A DNA stretch of 64,000 nt from Lytechinus pictus (Eukaryota). This document shows positions 27,201 through 39,200 of this stretch, one piece after another (position 1 is the stretch's first letter; every line of letters starts with the position of its first letter). The translations under genes and the position numbers were made by a program. The DNA lies in NCBI RefSeq assembly GCF_037042905.1, contig NC_087250.1:9178001-9242000 (forward strand), written 5' to 3'. The notes under the pieces are model-generated. The model made no database searches. It was not told the DNA's origin and saw nothing but the letters and a program-made list of their open reading frames with translations.

Positions 27201-30200
27201 CAAATTTTTTATGAAGTTGTATGTTTCTTATGTTTACTGTGCTCTTTCGTCATTCATCGATGGTGAATACAATCATTTATTTATACTTCCTACACAATTA
27301 TGAATGATTTGAGAGCTGAAGTTTGATATTTCTACTGTTAGTAATTATGTAACAATTGGCTGTCCATACTTAAACCATAACTTTAAACCTGAGTTTAAGT
27401 TAAACCCGACTTCAGAATACGGGCCATGTAGTTTAGCATGGATTATAATTGTCCTGTATGTAAGCTGAGTGCAATGCTTAATTCCCCACATCCTGGCAGT
27501 GTAATTTCATCAGTTTTAGGTGCTGACAGGAAGAGAAATATAATAATATTCCGCATTTATATAGCGCTAAATACATCGGAACGACGTCTCTAAGCGCTTT
27601 ACAGACATATTATTACCCCGGTCATCGGATCCTTGCATGCCCGCATACAATGTATGCACCTTCTCCACTCCCTGGGGAGCATTCCAACAAGAGTTCCAAG
27701 ACTCAATTGCTAGGCATACTACATATAGGCTTTCACATCCTACCGGGTACCCATTTAACACCTGGGTGGAGAGTGGCAAAGTGTGGATTAACGCCTTGCC
27801 AAAGGACGCTAGGCCATGGTGGGATTCGAACACACGACCCTCTGATTACAAGGCGAGAGTCAGAACCGCTACACCACGGCGCTTCCACAAAGGAAGAGGC
27901 CTTTATCAATGCCAGATACTCCTCGTGAAGAGGCAAAGTGTGGAAACGTATAAATGGACAAAACACTCTATCCTGTGCAGGAGGCTGATTGTTCACTTCA
28001 TAAAAGTGGAGATCTACGTTCATCACTAAAATGCATCATAGGCATCATACATGTAGCTTTTGATGTTACTGTGACGCATTCTTTGAGCGAGTTTGAACCA
28101 CCGTGCGTATATTCTTTTTTGAACAAGCTTGATATTTAACAATTTCTGACAAAAATGATAATTTCCGCACTACACATTGTCTACATGTGTATAATACGAC
28201 AGGGCCATCTCTTGGTTTTAGTGTTAAAGGTATTGTTTAACTTTGTGAGCAGCCGATTTAAAAAATTCTCAAACCAAGATGAAACATGTGTACAAGTGCA
28301 TGTATTAGAAGTAATAAACCCTGAAAACAACCATTATTGAGAATGTAAAGCTAAAACTACAAGGCAAACCCCGATTTTGTAAATAGGCGTCTTATAGATG
28401 CCTAAATAGTACACATAAGTGTATGGGATGAAATTAAGATTCAATTTTTGAAGCACTAAATAATTATTTTCGAACGCAATTTTTTCTTGGCTTCATTTTT
28501 GTAACATATCACAGACACAGGTGACAAGTGTGACCTTCTAGCTCAGATTTTTTAAAAGTCAAGCTAATGTTAACCAATCACTTTAAGTACAATGGGACAG
28601 ATGGTACATGTACATGTATGTATCAATCTGGTGACACAACATTTGCTTCTTCGACAATTGCTCCGGGCTTAATTTCATCTAAGATGTAGGGTTAATAGGG
28701 TGATAGGTTTGCAGTAGCATTTTATGTTGGGTTTAGGGTAGGGTGTAGTGTCAAATCCAGTATTGAAGTCGGGCATTCGTTTAGTGTGTGGAATTTAGAG
28801 CGGAGCAATTGTCGCCAGAGCAAATGTCATGGAAGCATAAATCTTCTTCAGCGTTTTCCACTGTTGGAAATTAGCTGGTAACATTCGGACAGATATTGGT
28901 TCAAAGATAATCTATACAGCGTATTCATATTGACAATTTTTGGTACTTGCACCGAAGTAGAGTCTAAAAATAAATGGTTTATTGCTGTTTGGTCCAATGC
29001 CATGCGGTCTAATGTCCAAACCCTCTAACATAATTTGGTCTATTACCAGTTTGCCCAATGTCACCCATCCACTGTTTTAGTCGAATAACCATTTACATGT
29101 AGGTCTATGAGCATTTTGTTTAACCCCATCATGTCTAATTGGTTATGTGGTCTATTAATATTTATTCCGTAAGCCATTTAGTCCAATACCATTTGATAAA
29201 CTTGCCATCTAGTTTATTCATCATTCACCCCTAAACCAATTCGTCCAGTGGTCGTCTTTCTGTCCATTTATACTACATATGGACTGCAATATTTTGGTCT
29301 GATGATCAAATGGTCCAATTACTACTTGGTCTTTTAACATTTGGTCCAATCATCTGGGTCCCGTTTCATAAACATATGCTCATTCCCTAATTTACCACCA
29401 GCCAATCAGATTGAATGATTTCGTTAGCTTTTAACTGTTATTGCAAATTTGTTATTATTACAAATTTTATAAAACCAGGCCTAGGAGATAATGATATTAA
29501 TAATAGTTTACGATATTTATATATAATGTTACCACAAAGAAGGTCTCGAAACGCTTTGATAGGAAAATAGAAAGATGAAAGGAATATCAGATGAAAATGA
29601 GACATTTGAGGGAGCTACATATGCCTAGGGAAATGGCTATTTAATTATTGTTTGGTCTATTATAAAATTTTGATAACTACAAGCTAAAGAAAGGGGGAGA
29701 TTAATTCAGACAGGGAGGGGGGGGGGTATTTTATGGCATGTCCTGAATATACATTACTCCCAATTTTCACTCTGGGCAATTCCATAAAATATGTACGTTC
29801 TGCCATGAAAATTTTCTGTCTCTGATTTCTTGTTCTTTTGACGGTCAGTAATGCTCTCAAATGACCATTACCCCAATCGCAACTTTAAAAATCATGCGCA
29901 ACTTGATTTTCAACCAATCAACAGCGTGCATTTGGTACTTGCGATTGATTTTTTTACTTGCGTTTAAACGCAACTCTTTCTGCAACGGGCCAGTTTATGA
30001 AGTGAAGTAGATTTGAGAAAAATGGGGGTCGGACATACATAAAAAGTTGATCATTTTATGAAATTGCCCCACTTTCATATGGACACAGCATCTTTGCACA
30101 CACCAGTGATACTGGCTAGTACAGAAAGCATGAAAATGTCTAAATTACCATTTTTTCACTGAAATATTAGCATAATCTGCAATGCGAGACTTGTCTGTCT

Positions 30201-33200
30201 AGCTCGGGCTAGGGAAATAGATTTGTCAATGTGACCAATCGCACATGACATTTATACTTAATACATGCACATGTAGTCCAAATGACCAAATCAGTGATCT
30301 AAGACATTCTGGTAATTAGACCATGTGGGTAATGGACAGAATTCAATGTAGCCAAAATGGTTAATGGACCAAACAATCTAGACCAAGTTGTATCTAGACC
30401 CAGGGTGCTACATAACTTTTTATAAGCGCTTGCCTGGTCGGGCAAGTGAATTTTTAAATAGTTGGAATATACTTGCCCCAAAATCTATTTCATTCGCCCC
30501 CAAAAAAATCCTTGAAAAAAAAGTTTTACCTCTTCAAAAGAAAGTTTTGCGATTTTATATTTTTGACATGAACTGATCTGATCTTGTTACTGCATTTCCT
30601 TTTCTAAAGTGATTTTATCCTGCCTGCCATGACCAAAATTAGGGTCAATATCATATATCGACCCTAATTTTGGTCATTCTACTGTGAGAATTTTGCTTTC
30701 TACTGTGTGAATTTTGCTTGCCCAATTCGGGCAAGTAGTTGTGGTCTTTACTTGCCCCGGGCAATCGGGCAAGTGCTTATAAATGTAGCACCCTGCTAGA
30801 TCTTATGTATAAAGTTCATGTGTAAATTTGGGGGGAAATGGTTGTTTAGGGGGTGTAAGTCGTGCATTGGTTATGGACTATAAAGTGGTTATTGGAAGAT
30901 ATAATCAGTGGAAAACAGAAAATCATAGTTTTGACCATCGGTCATTAGCTGAATCGCAGATAGACAAAACGCTAATAGACCAAACAATGTTAGACGATGT
31001 AGGCATTGGACCAGATGGCATTGAACTGATTGGAATATTTCTAGCACATAGGTGAGTACTATTCAGTTTTAATTCGCAACTTTTATACTTATACATGTAC
31101 TCAGTAGTGTTTGTGATTTGATTCAGTTGTAATTATTTAGAGTTTTATATGTCCCTGTCCTTAGCCAACCAGCCCTGGAAAATCGATTTGACATTTTAGA
31201 CCAATTGAACATGATATGTGGACTTTAAGGTAAAAAAGTAATTGCAGCAAACAATTATTTTATGAGAAAGCCTTTTAAATCCAGGTTTTATTACTACCAA
31301 ATTATTATCTATCTAGATCTGGTACATTGAATTCAACTTATCTTTGTGAAATCATACAAATCTTAGCTGAAAATTTCTGATGATAACTAACACAAAAAGG
31401 CTTACGTGGGAGAGTGTATCAATATTACTTGGAAAATACCTGACATTTGATGGAATTCTGTGCTTGATTTGCTCATTTCTCAGCAATTACACATTTTTTT
31501 TTCCAGACCCATTTGGCACATATTTTGTATTTATATACAAACACTTGGGTGGTCATTTATTGGATTCTGTTCAAACTCATTTTGAGATTGTTACAACAAC
31601 TGGTATTTATCTTAAATGATTATGGGACCAAAGGATCAATGGATCCATTGGAAGACACAAGAGTAATTGGACAAGGTGATACTTGGACTACCTTTTAGGT
31701 CTTGCGTCTGCCCATTTTCTTTCTGTCTTGTTTGAATACTGAATTTCTGTAATTTTTATGGCGATTATATGACAGTAATATTGAGCAAAATATGACCATT
31801 TGTAATGGGACAGTTGTTGCTTTGATCGTTCTGCTCCCTTCTTGAATTAAATTTTCATCCCATAATGCATTGCAATCAAGCACGTATTCCTACACTTATT
31901 CTCCTTTCCTCGTTTTCCTCCTGCTTTTCCGTTTCCATTCCTCTTCTCCTTCTCGTACCCCTTTCCTTCCCGCCTTCTTGAATCCCCCTACCCCTTTCTT
32001 CTCCTTCCCCTTTCTCCTACCTTTATCCTTTATCATTCCACTTTACCCTATATCTTTGCCCTTCTTCCTTCTCCCTTTTCCCTTTTCCTTCCCCCTTCCT
32101 AATTCCTCCTTCCCTTTCACCTGTTCCCTTCTTCATTCCCCTTCCCCATTCTCTTGACCCCTTCCCTTTTGCCCCTTCCTTCCCCCTTTAACCCTCATTA
32201 TTCCCCCTCCCCCTTTCACCATTCTCCTCCATGCTCCTTTCCCATTCCCCTTTGTCCCTGCCCCTTTTCCTATTCCTTTTCTTTCCCCCTTCCCATTTCT
32301 CCCTCCCTATTGCTCCTTCTGCATTTCCTTTTCCACTACTCTTTGCTCTTTTCCCTTCCAAATTTCCCATTTCCCCTTCTTTATTCACATTTCCCACTTT
32401 CTAGTCCATGTTGCCCCTCTAATTTTGCTCTTCTGCATTTAACCTGTCTCCCTTTGCCCTGCTCCCTTTCATCTTCATCCTTTGCCCTCTCCTTCTTTCA
32501 ATTCTCTTTTCCCCTTCTCTCTTTCACCTTCTTTGTTTCATTTCCCCTTTCATCTCCCTCTTGACTTTGCTTGCCCCTTGCCCCTTTCTTCTTCCCCTAC
32601 TCCTCCCCAATTCCACTGAGGTCCCAATTGCCTTTTCTGCGTTACCCTTTCTCAGTCCCCCTTTCCCTCCTCCCTTTGCCCTTCCCCCTTTGCCCTTCCC
32701 CTTTGCCTTGCCATTTTCCTTTCCCCCATTCCTTTCACTTTTCCCATTCCCCCTGTCCCTTTGCACTGTCCCCTTTTCCTTCCCCCATACCCCTCTGTCC
32801 TGGATCCCATAATTCCCTTGTCACTTGTTATCCCATACCATGTCATTTCAACCTTATTGTATACATGTATTATTATTTTACACTAGAAACTTCATTTATT
32901 AATTTAACTTTTTCATATGCAGCCTCCAGAAATAAAACCTGAGCCAGCTTCAAGTCCAAGCCCAGTTCAAGTCTTAACCTCAGTTCCTGTCCTAAGCACA
33001 GTTCCAGACATGAGCACATTACCAGGCCTGAGCACAGTTCCAGGCCCAAGCACAGTTCCAGGCGCAAGCACAGTTCCAGGGCTAACCATATTTCAAAGTC
33101 TAAGCACAGCTCCAGGCCTAAGTATTGTTCCAGGCCCAAGCACAGTTCCGGGCCCAAGCACAGTTCCAGGCCCAAGTTCAGTTCCTGGCCTAAGCACATT

Positions 33201-36200
33201 TCCAAGCCTAAGCACAGCTCGAAGTCTCGGCACAGCTCCCAGCCCAAGTACAGCTCCTAAGAAACTAATTCAAAAGACTTCTAATCGGTAGGTGGGCAAT
33301 TTTTTTTTCTAATATGTAGTGGTATAATGAGCTCAAGATATCAATTTTTTGTCGAAAAGTCCTTCGCAAAGGAGCACAAATTTTGACCCTTTCAAAATTA
33401 ACATGTTCTTTTGTGATAGATTTTGACATAATACAGAAAATATCACATGTTGCCCTTTTATTCTTTTCTTTTTGTCTCATCAACATACTTGTAGCAGAGG
33501 CATCACCATCTTAACCAAAGGTTAGGTTTTGGAAATGACAGCATAACTTAGAAAGTACATGGACCTAGTTCATGAAACTTGGACATGGGTTAATCAAATA
33601 TTACTGAACATCCTGCCTGAGTTTCAGGTCACATGACCAAGGTCAAATATCATTAAGGTCAATGAACTTATACCATGTTGAGGGAGTCAATATCAAAATC
33701 TTAACCTAAGGTTAAGTTTTTGAAATGACAGCATAACTTGGAAAGTATATGGACCTAGTTCATGAGACTTGGCCATAAGGGCAGTCAAATGTTATTGAAC
33801 ATCCTGCCTGAGTTTCAGGTCACATGACCAAGGTCATAGCTCATTTAAGGTCGATGAACTTTTGCCAAGTTGGGGGTATTTAGTTGAATTACCATCATAA
33901 CTTCGAAAGTTTATGGATCTGATTCATAAAACTTGGACATAAGAGTAATCAAGTATCGCTGAACATCCTTTGTGAGTTTCAGGTGTCCTGACCAAGGTCA
34001 AAGGTCATTTAAGGTTAATGAACTTTGGCCAATTTGGGGGTATTTGTTGAATTACCATCATAACTCTGAAATTGTATTGGTCTAATTCATAAAACTTGGA
34101 CATAAGAGTTATCAAGTATCACTGAACATCCTGTGCATGTTTCTCTTGACCAAGGTCATTAAGGTCAATGAACTTTGGCCATGTTAGAGGTAATTAACAA
34201 ATTGCAGTCATAAGTTTCAAAGTTTAAGGATATAGTTTATGAATTGTGGACTTAGGGGTAATCAAGTATCACTGACAAGTGATGATCAAGTTCAAATGCC
34301 ATTTAGGGTCAATGAAGTTCATAATATTGTATCATATGAATGGTAATTTTTTTCTAATTTATTTTTTTATGTATTTTATTGTTTTGTAAATTTCTTATGT
34401 ATTTCCTTGTTTTTCTACTTTTTGAAAACTGATTTATCAATGGAAATTGTCGGGGACTTTATTTTGACCATGAACAAGATGAAATAGATTGATTTTAATC
34501 AGTAAAAGGAAAAATAATGATGTAATGAACCCCTGGCTGAAGTCATAGAAGCCATGCTTTTATTGATGTATTTTCAATCATTTACAAGAACATGCATCCT
34601 TTGTTTTATTTCTTATTTTGTTTATCCTCTAGTATGGGGTGGAAAATTGAATCGGACATCTATCTTATCTGTGAGGTCATCCTGGTCAGACCCTACCTGT
34701 ATAGGGCTAGAACAAAGGATCATGTGAACCCGAGGCTGAAGTCATGGAAGCAATGCATTTATTGATGTATTTTCTGTTCTTTAACAAGGACATGCATCAC
34801 TTGTTTTATTTCTTTTCTTGTTCACCCTCTTGTATGGCTTTTGAAATTGAATCAGACATGCATCTCATCCATGAGGTCTCCTGGCCAGATCCTACAGGCC
34901 TAGACCAAATGATCATGCAAACCCCCGGCTGAAATCCCAGAAACAGTGCATTTGTTGGTGTATTTTCCATTCTGAAATTCATTAAGAAGAACATGCATCA
35001 TTTATTTTATTTCTTATTTTTGCTCACCCTCTAGTATGGCATGGAAAATTGAATCAAACTTGCATCTCATCCGCGAGGTCGTCCTAACCCAGCCCTTCCA
35101 GCATAGGGCTAAAAGGAAGGATCGCGGCAACGCCTGGGAAGAATTTGTAAAAGCCATGACCTTATTGATGTATTTTTTGTTCTGAAATTCATTGATAAGA
35201 ATATGCATCATTTGTGTTATTACATATTTTTGCTCACCCTCTAGTTTGGCATGGAAAATTGTATCAGACTTGCATCTCCGCGAGGTCGTCCTAACCCAGC
35301 CTTTCCAGCACAAGGCTAAAATGAAGGATCGCGGCAATGCCTGGGAAGAATTCGGAAAAGCCATGACCTTATTGATGTATTTTTCGTTCTGAAATTCATT
35401 AATAAGAATATGCATCATTTGTTTTATTACTTATTTTTGCTCACCCTCTAGTTTGGCGTGGAAAATTGAATCAGACTTGCATCTCGTCCGCAAGGTTGTC
35501 CTAACCCGCCTTCCAGCACAATGCTAAAACGAAGGATCATGGCAACGCCTTGGAGGAAGTCACGAATGCCATGCCTTATTTTTCGTTCTGAAATTCATAA
35601 GCAAGAACATGCATCATCTGTTTTATTTCTTATATTTGTTCCATCTCCAGTATGGCGTGGAAATTGAAGCAGACTTGCATCTCGTCCGTAAGGTCGTCCT
35701 GGCCAGACCCTACCAGTATCATGCGAACCCCTGGAAGAAGTAGCTGAAGCCATGCTTTCATTGATGTATTTTCAGTACGGAACTTCATTAACAAGAACAT
35801 GCCTCATTTGTTTTATTTCTTATTTTTGCTCAGCCTCTAGTATGGCGTGGAAAATAGAAGCAGAGTTTCATCTCGTCCCCAAGGTAGTTCTAACTTGTTA
35901 TCATGGCGACGCCTGGCAGGAAATTGCAAAAGCCATGCCTTTAATGATGTATTTTCTGTTCTGAAATTCATTAACATGAACATGCATCATTTGTTTTATA
36001 TCTTTTTTTGCTCAGCCTCTAGTATGGCGTGGAAAATAGAAGCAGGGTTTCATCTCGTCCCCGAGGTCGTTCTGACTTGTTATCATGGCGACGCCTGGCA
36101 GGAAATCGCGAAAGCCATGCCTTTAATGATGTATTTTCTGTTCTGAAATTCATTAACAAGAACATGCATCATTTGTTTTATATCTTTTTTTTGCTCACCC

Positions 36201-39200
36201 TCTAGTATGGCGTGGAACATTGCAGCAGACTTGCATCTCGTCCGGGAGGTCGTCCTAACCCAGCCCTTCCAGCATAGGGCTAAAACGAAGGATCGCGGCA
36301 ACGCGTGGGAGGAAGTCGCGAGGGCCATGCGGATCAGAGGCCACAAGGTCGACAAGAGGGCCGTCAGAGACAGGATTAAATGGATGATGGAGAGACAGAA
36401 GGAGAAATCTATGAAGGAGAAGATGGAGGGGTGGATTGAGGTGGAGGAGACGGAGGAGGAGCGGACGATCCGTCAGAGTGTGGAGACGTTCATCCAGCTA
36501 GAGGAGGAGAGAGAGCGTCTATCGAAGGACATGGAAAAGGAGGAAGAGGTGCCGACTCAGACGATGGATACTTCAGAGTTGTGGGAGATGGTGTCCAGCA
36601 ACCTGCACGAAGAAAAGAGGTAGGGATTATTGTTTGTGAAGAAATTTAAACATAAAGGTAAAAGAAAGTAGTTGCAGCAAACAATTATTTCATGAGAAAG
36701 TCTTTAACCCTAACTAGGCCGGGCTTTTTTGGCTGTTCTGTGGCCGGGGGGGGGGGGGGGGGGGGGGGCTTGATTCAACCCCCCCCCCCCTGAGATCTCG
36801 GCTGCCGATCACGCGAGCGCCACCAAAATTTGCACGCTGGTAGTGTGCGATGTAATCTACTAGGCTGTATGGTAAAATTTGCCAAAATAATGAGATTTTA
36901 TTTTATATGAATTAATTATGCTAATTTATGCATAAATCATACTTTTTGCTCTAATTCACTTAATGAAGCTCCAAAAATGCTAATTTTTGGTTAAAATATT
37001 CTTTGTATCATTCTTAACAATGGCAATTGAAAAAAACTTCGGTTTGGAAATCAATATCTTATGTATTTTATTGTTTTATGAATTTCTTATGTATTTCTTT
37101 GTTTTTCAACCTTTTGTTTTTCTTTGTTTTTTTCACCAGATTTATTGCACAAACTTTTTGAAGCATAATTATGCTAAAATCAATTGCTTTCAGCTGTTTA
37201 AAGTAAAAATAATCATATCTTTATGAATAAGATGAGAAAACTCAATTTGCATTGACTTTGTACACAAAATCACGTTTTGGAACAATTTTTGGTCTGACAT
37301 GCACTTACAAAATGTTTTACGTAATTTCGGAACCGCGTACCTGGGCGTCGTAAATTTGGTCTCAAAAGATGCGCAAGACTTAAAAGTATAAACTCTGCGA
37401 TTGGCGCGGTCAAAAAATTTCGCGCGGCGGAATGATCGCAGAAAATGTTGAGTGGGGGGTTGATTCAACCCCCCCCCCCCCGGCCATTTTAGGGTTAAAC
37501 CCCCATTCCACAGAAAGCAAGACCTCTGAGAGACTGCTGTAAGATCATGAAACTTGCTTGATCTTTCAATGGTTTTTCAATGAACTTTCAAAGATCTCTG
37601 ATTCCTGATGGATCTTTCAGTGGTCTTCGTGGTTTCCATGATATCTTTGAAACGGCTGAAAACAGTCTTTCAGCAGTGTTACAGGAAAATAGTATTTTGA
37701 TGGTCTTTCAATAGTCTTTCAGTGGTCTTTTGATGAACTTTCAAAGTTCCTATCAGTCTTTGCATGATCTCTCGACAGTCTCAAGATTTTTGCAGAGATC
37801 ACCGTACGACTTATGAGAGATCATTCAAAGGTCAGTGAAAGGTCATTGAAAGACCAGGCAAAGTTCATGGAAAGAATTCTGAAAGATCACTTGTTGCATA
37901 AAAGATCTCTGAAAGACCATTGGAAGATCTCTTAAGGACTAGTCTCAGACCAGTAAGACGAAATATTGATAAGTCTTTCAAAGTTCTTTGAGCGGTCTTC
38001 CTGAGCCATTCCACAGAGATTACAAATTTCAGTTATCTTGGAGATTGCTATAAGACCTTGCAAATTTTTGGTTTGTCAAAGGTCCTGCAAAGGTCTCCCC
38101 TCTTTGGAATGGGTTAAAATCAAGGTTAATTGCCATTATATTGCTATAGATCTATATCTGGTACATTGAAATCAACTTATCTCTTTGATATCACGAAATT
38201 TAGCTCAAAACACAAAAAGGCATACAGTATGTAAAGACAGTGTAGGAATATTGCTTGCAAAAATACCCAATATTTATGGGATTCTGTGTTTAATTTGCTC
38301 ATTTCTCAGCAGTTGCACAGATTTCCTCATATCAATTTGGCACATATTTTTTATTCATACATACAAACACTTGGCTGGTCATTTTATTGGATTCTGTTAG
38401 AACTCATTTTGAGATCGTTACCACAACTGGCATTGATCTTTAACTCTTTTAATAGCCCCTGAGGCTTTTTTTTGCATATGGGGGGAGGGGGTCATTGGCT
38501 CGCATCTCGGAACTTGGCTGTTGATTTCACAACCACAGTAGAAATTTACACTCTTGTCACCCATGGCATAATCTAAGAGAATCATTAGTTCCTTGTACCA
38601 AATCATTACAATTTATTTTTGATCAACTAATCATGCTGATTAATGCATAAAATGTAAAAGCATACCTGGGAACCAAGTACCTGGGCATTGTAAATTTGTA
38701 CATCAAAGAAAAAACAGGTCATGAAAGGCTGTGACACAATCTTTTCGTAATACATATTTATATTTATCAGGAAAAATTACTCTGGGAAAGAAAAATAGAT
38801 TTTTGTATGGGCTCAATTTTTCACGAAGGGGCGATAGTTAAAGTTTTGGGGAAATTTTAATTTTTGTTTGAAGGGCTTCAGTTGGGGACAGCAACAGGTA
38901 ATAACTGTATTGATTAAAATGCAGACAGCATTTATCTGCCATATAGAGAATATAGATCTACTACATTTTCGTGAATATTGATTGAAGCAGATCTTTGTGG
39001 GCAACTATGGAAACAGGATTGCACCTTATCATACCATTTCTGGAATTTTTTTGCAATCAAAACCATCTGTCATCCTAATATACTGAATTAACACATCCTT
39101 TGTCTGCAAAATGTATTTACTTCTCTTCAATTGACATTACCATGCCGTGTTTTCCTTCAGCAAGAAATTTACCCACACTGTGCTGCACTCCACCCAGGTG

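Noticed and set aside
27567..28029. Several overlapping 90-130 aa ORFs
   Set aside because: They lie mostly within a SINE; no protein-like features
30828..31057. ORF ending at a good donor (AG|GTGAGT at 31052) as a possible start exon for the Myb cassette
   Set aside because: No convincing ATG/acceptor pairing, and the peptide looks repeat-derived; not supported as coding, though a non-coding exon here cannot be excluded
31870..32846. Pro/Phe/Leu-rich and Gly/Lys/Glu-rich ORFs
   Set aside because: Artefacts of the polypyrimidine tract
32873..33247. Minus-strand LELCLG-repeat ORF
   Set aside because: Antisense shadow of the 18-bp coding repeat; the splice signals support the + strand
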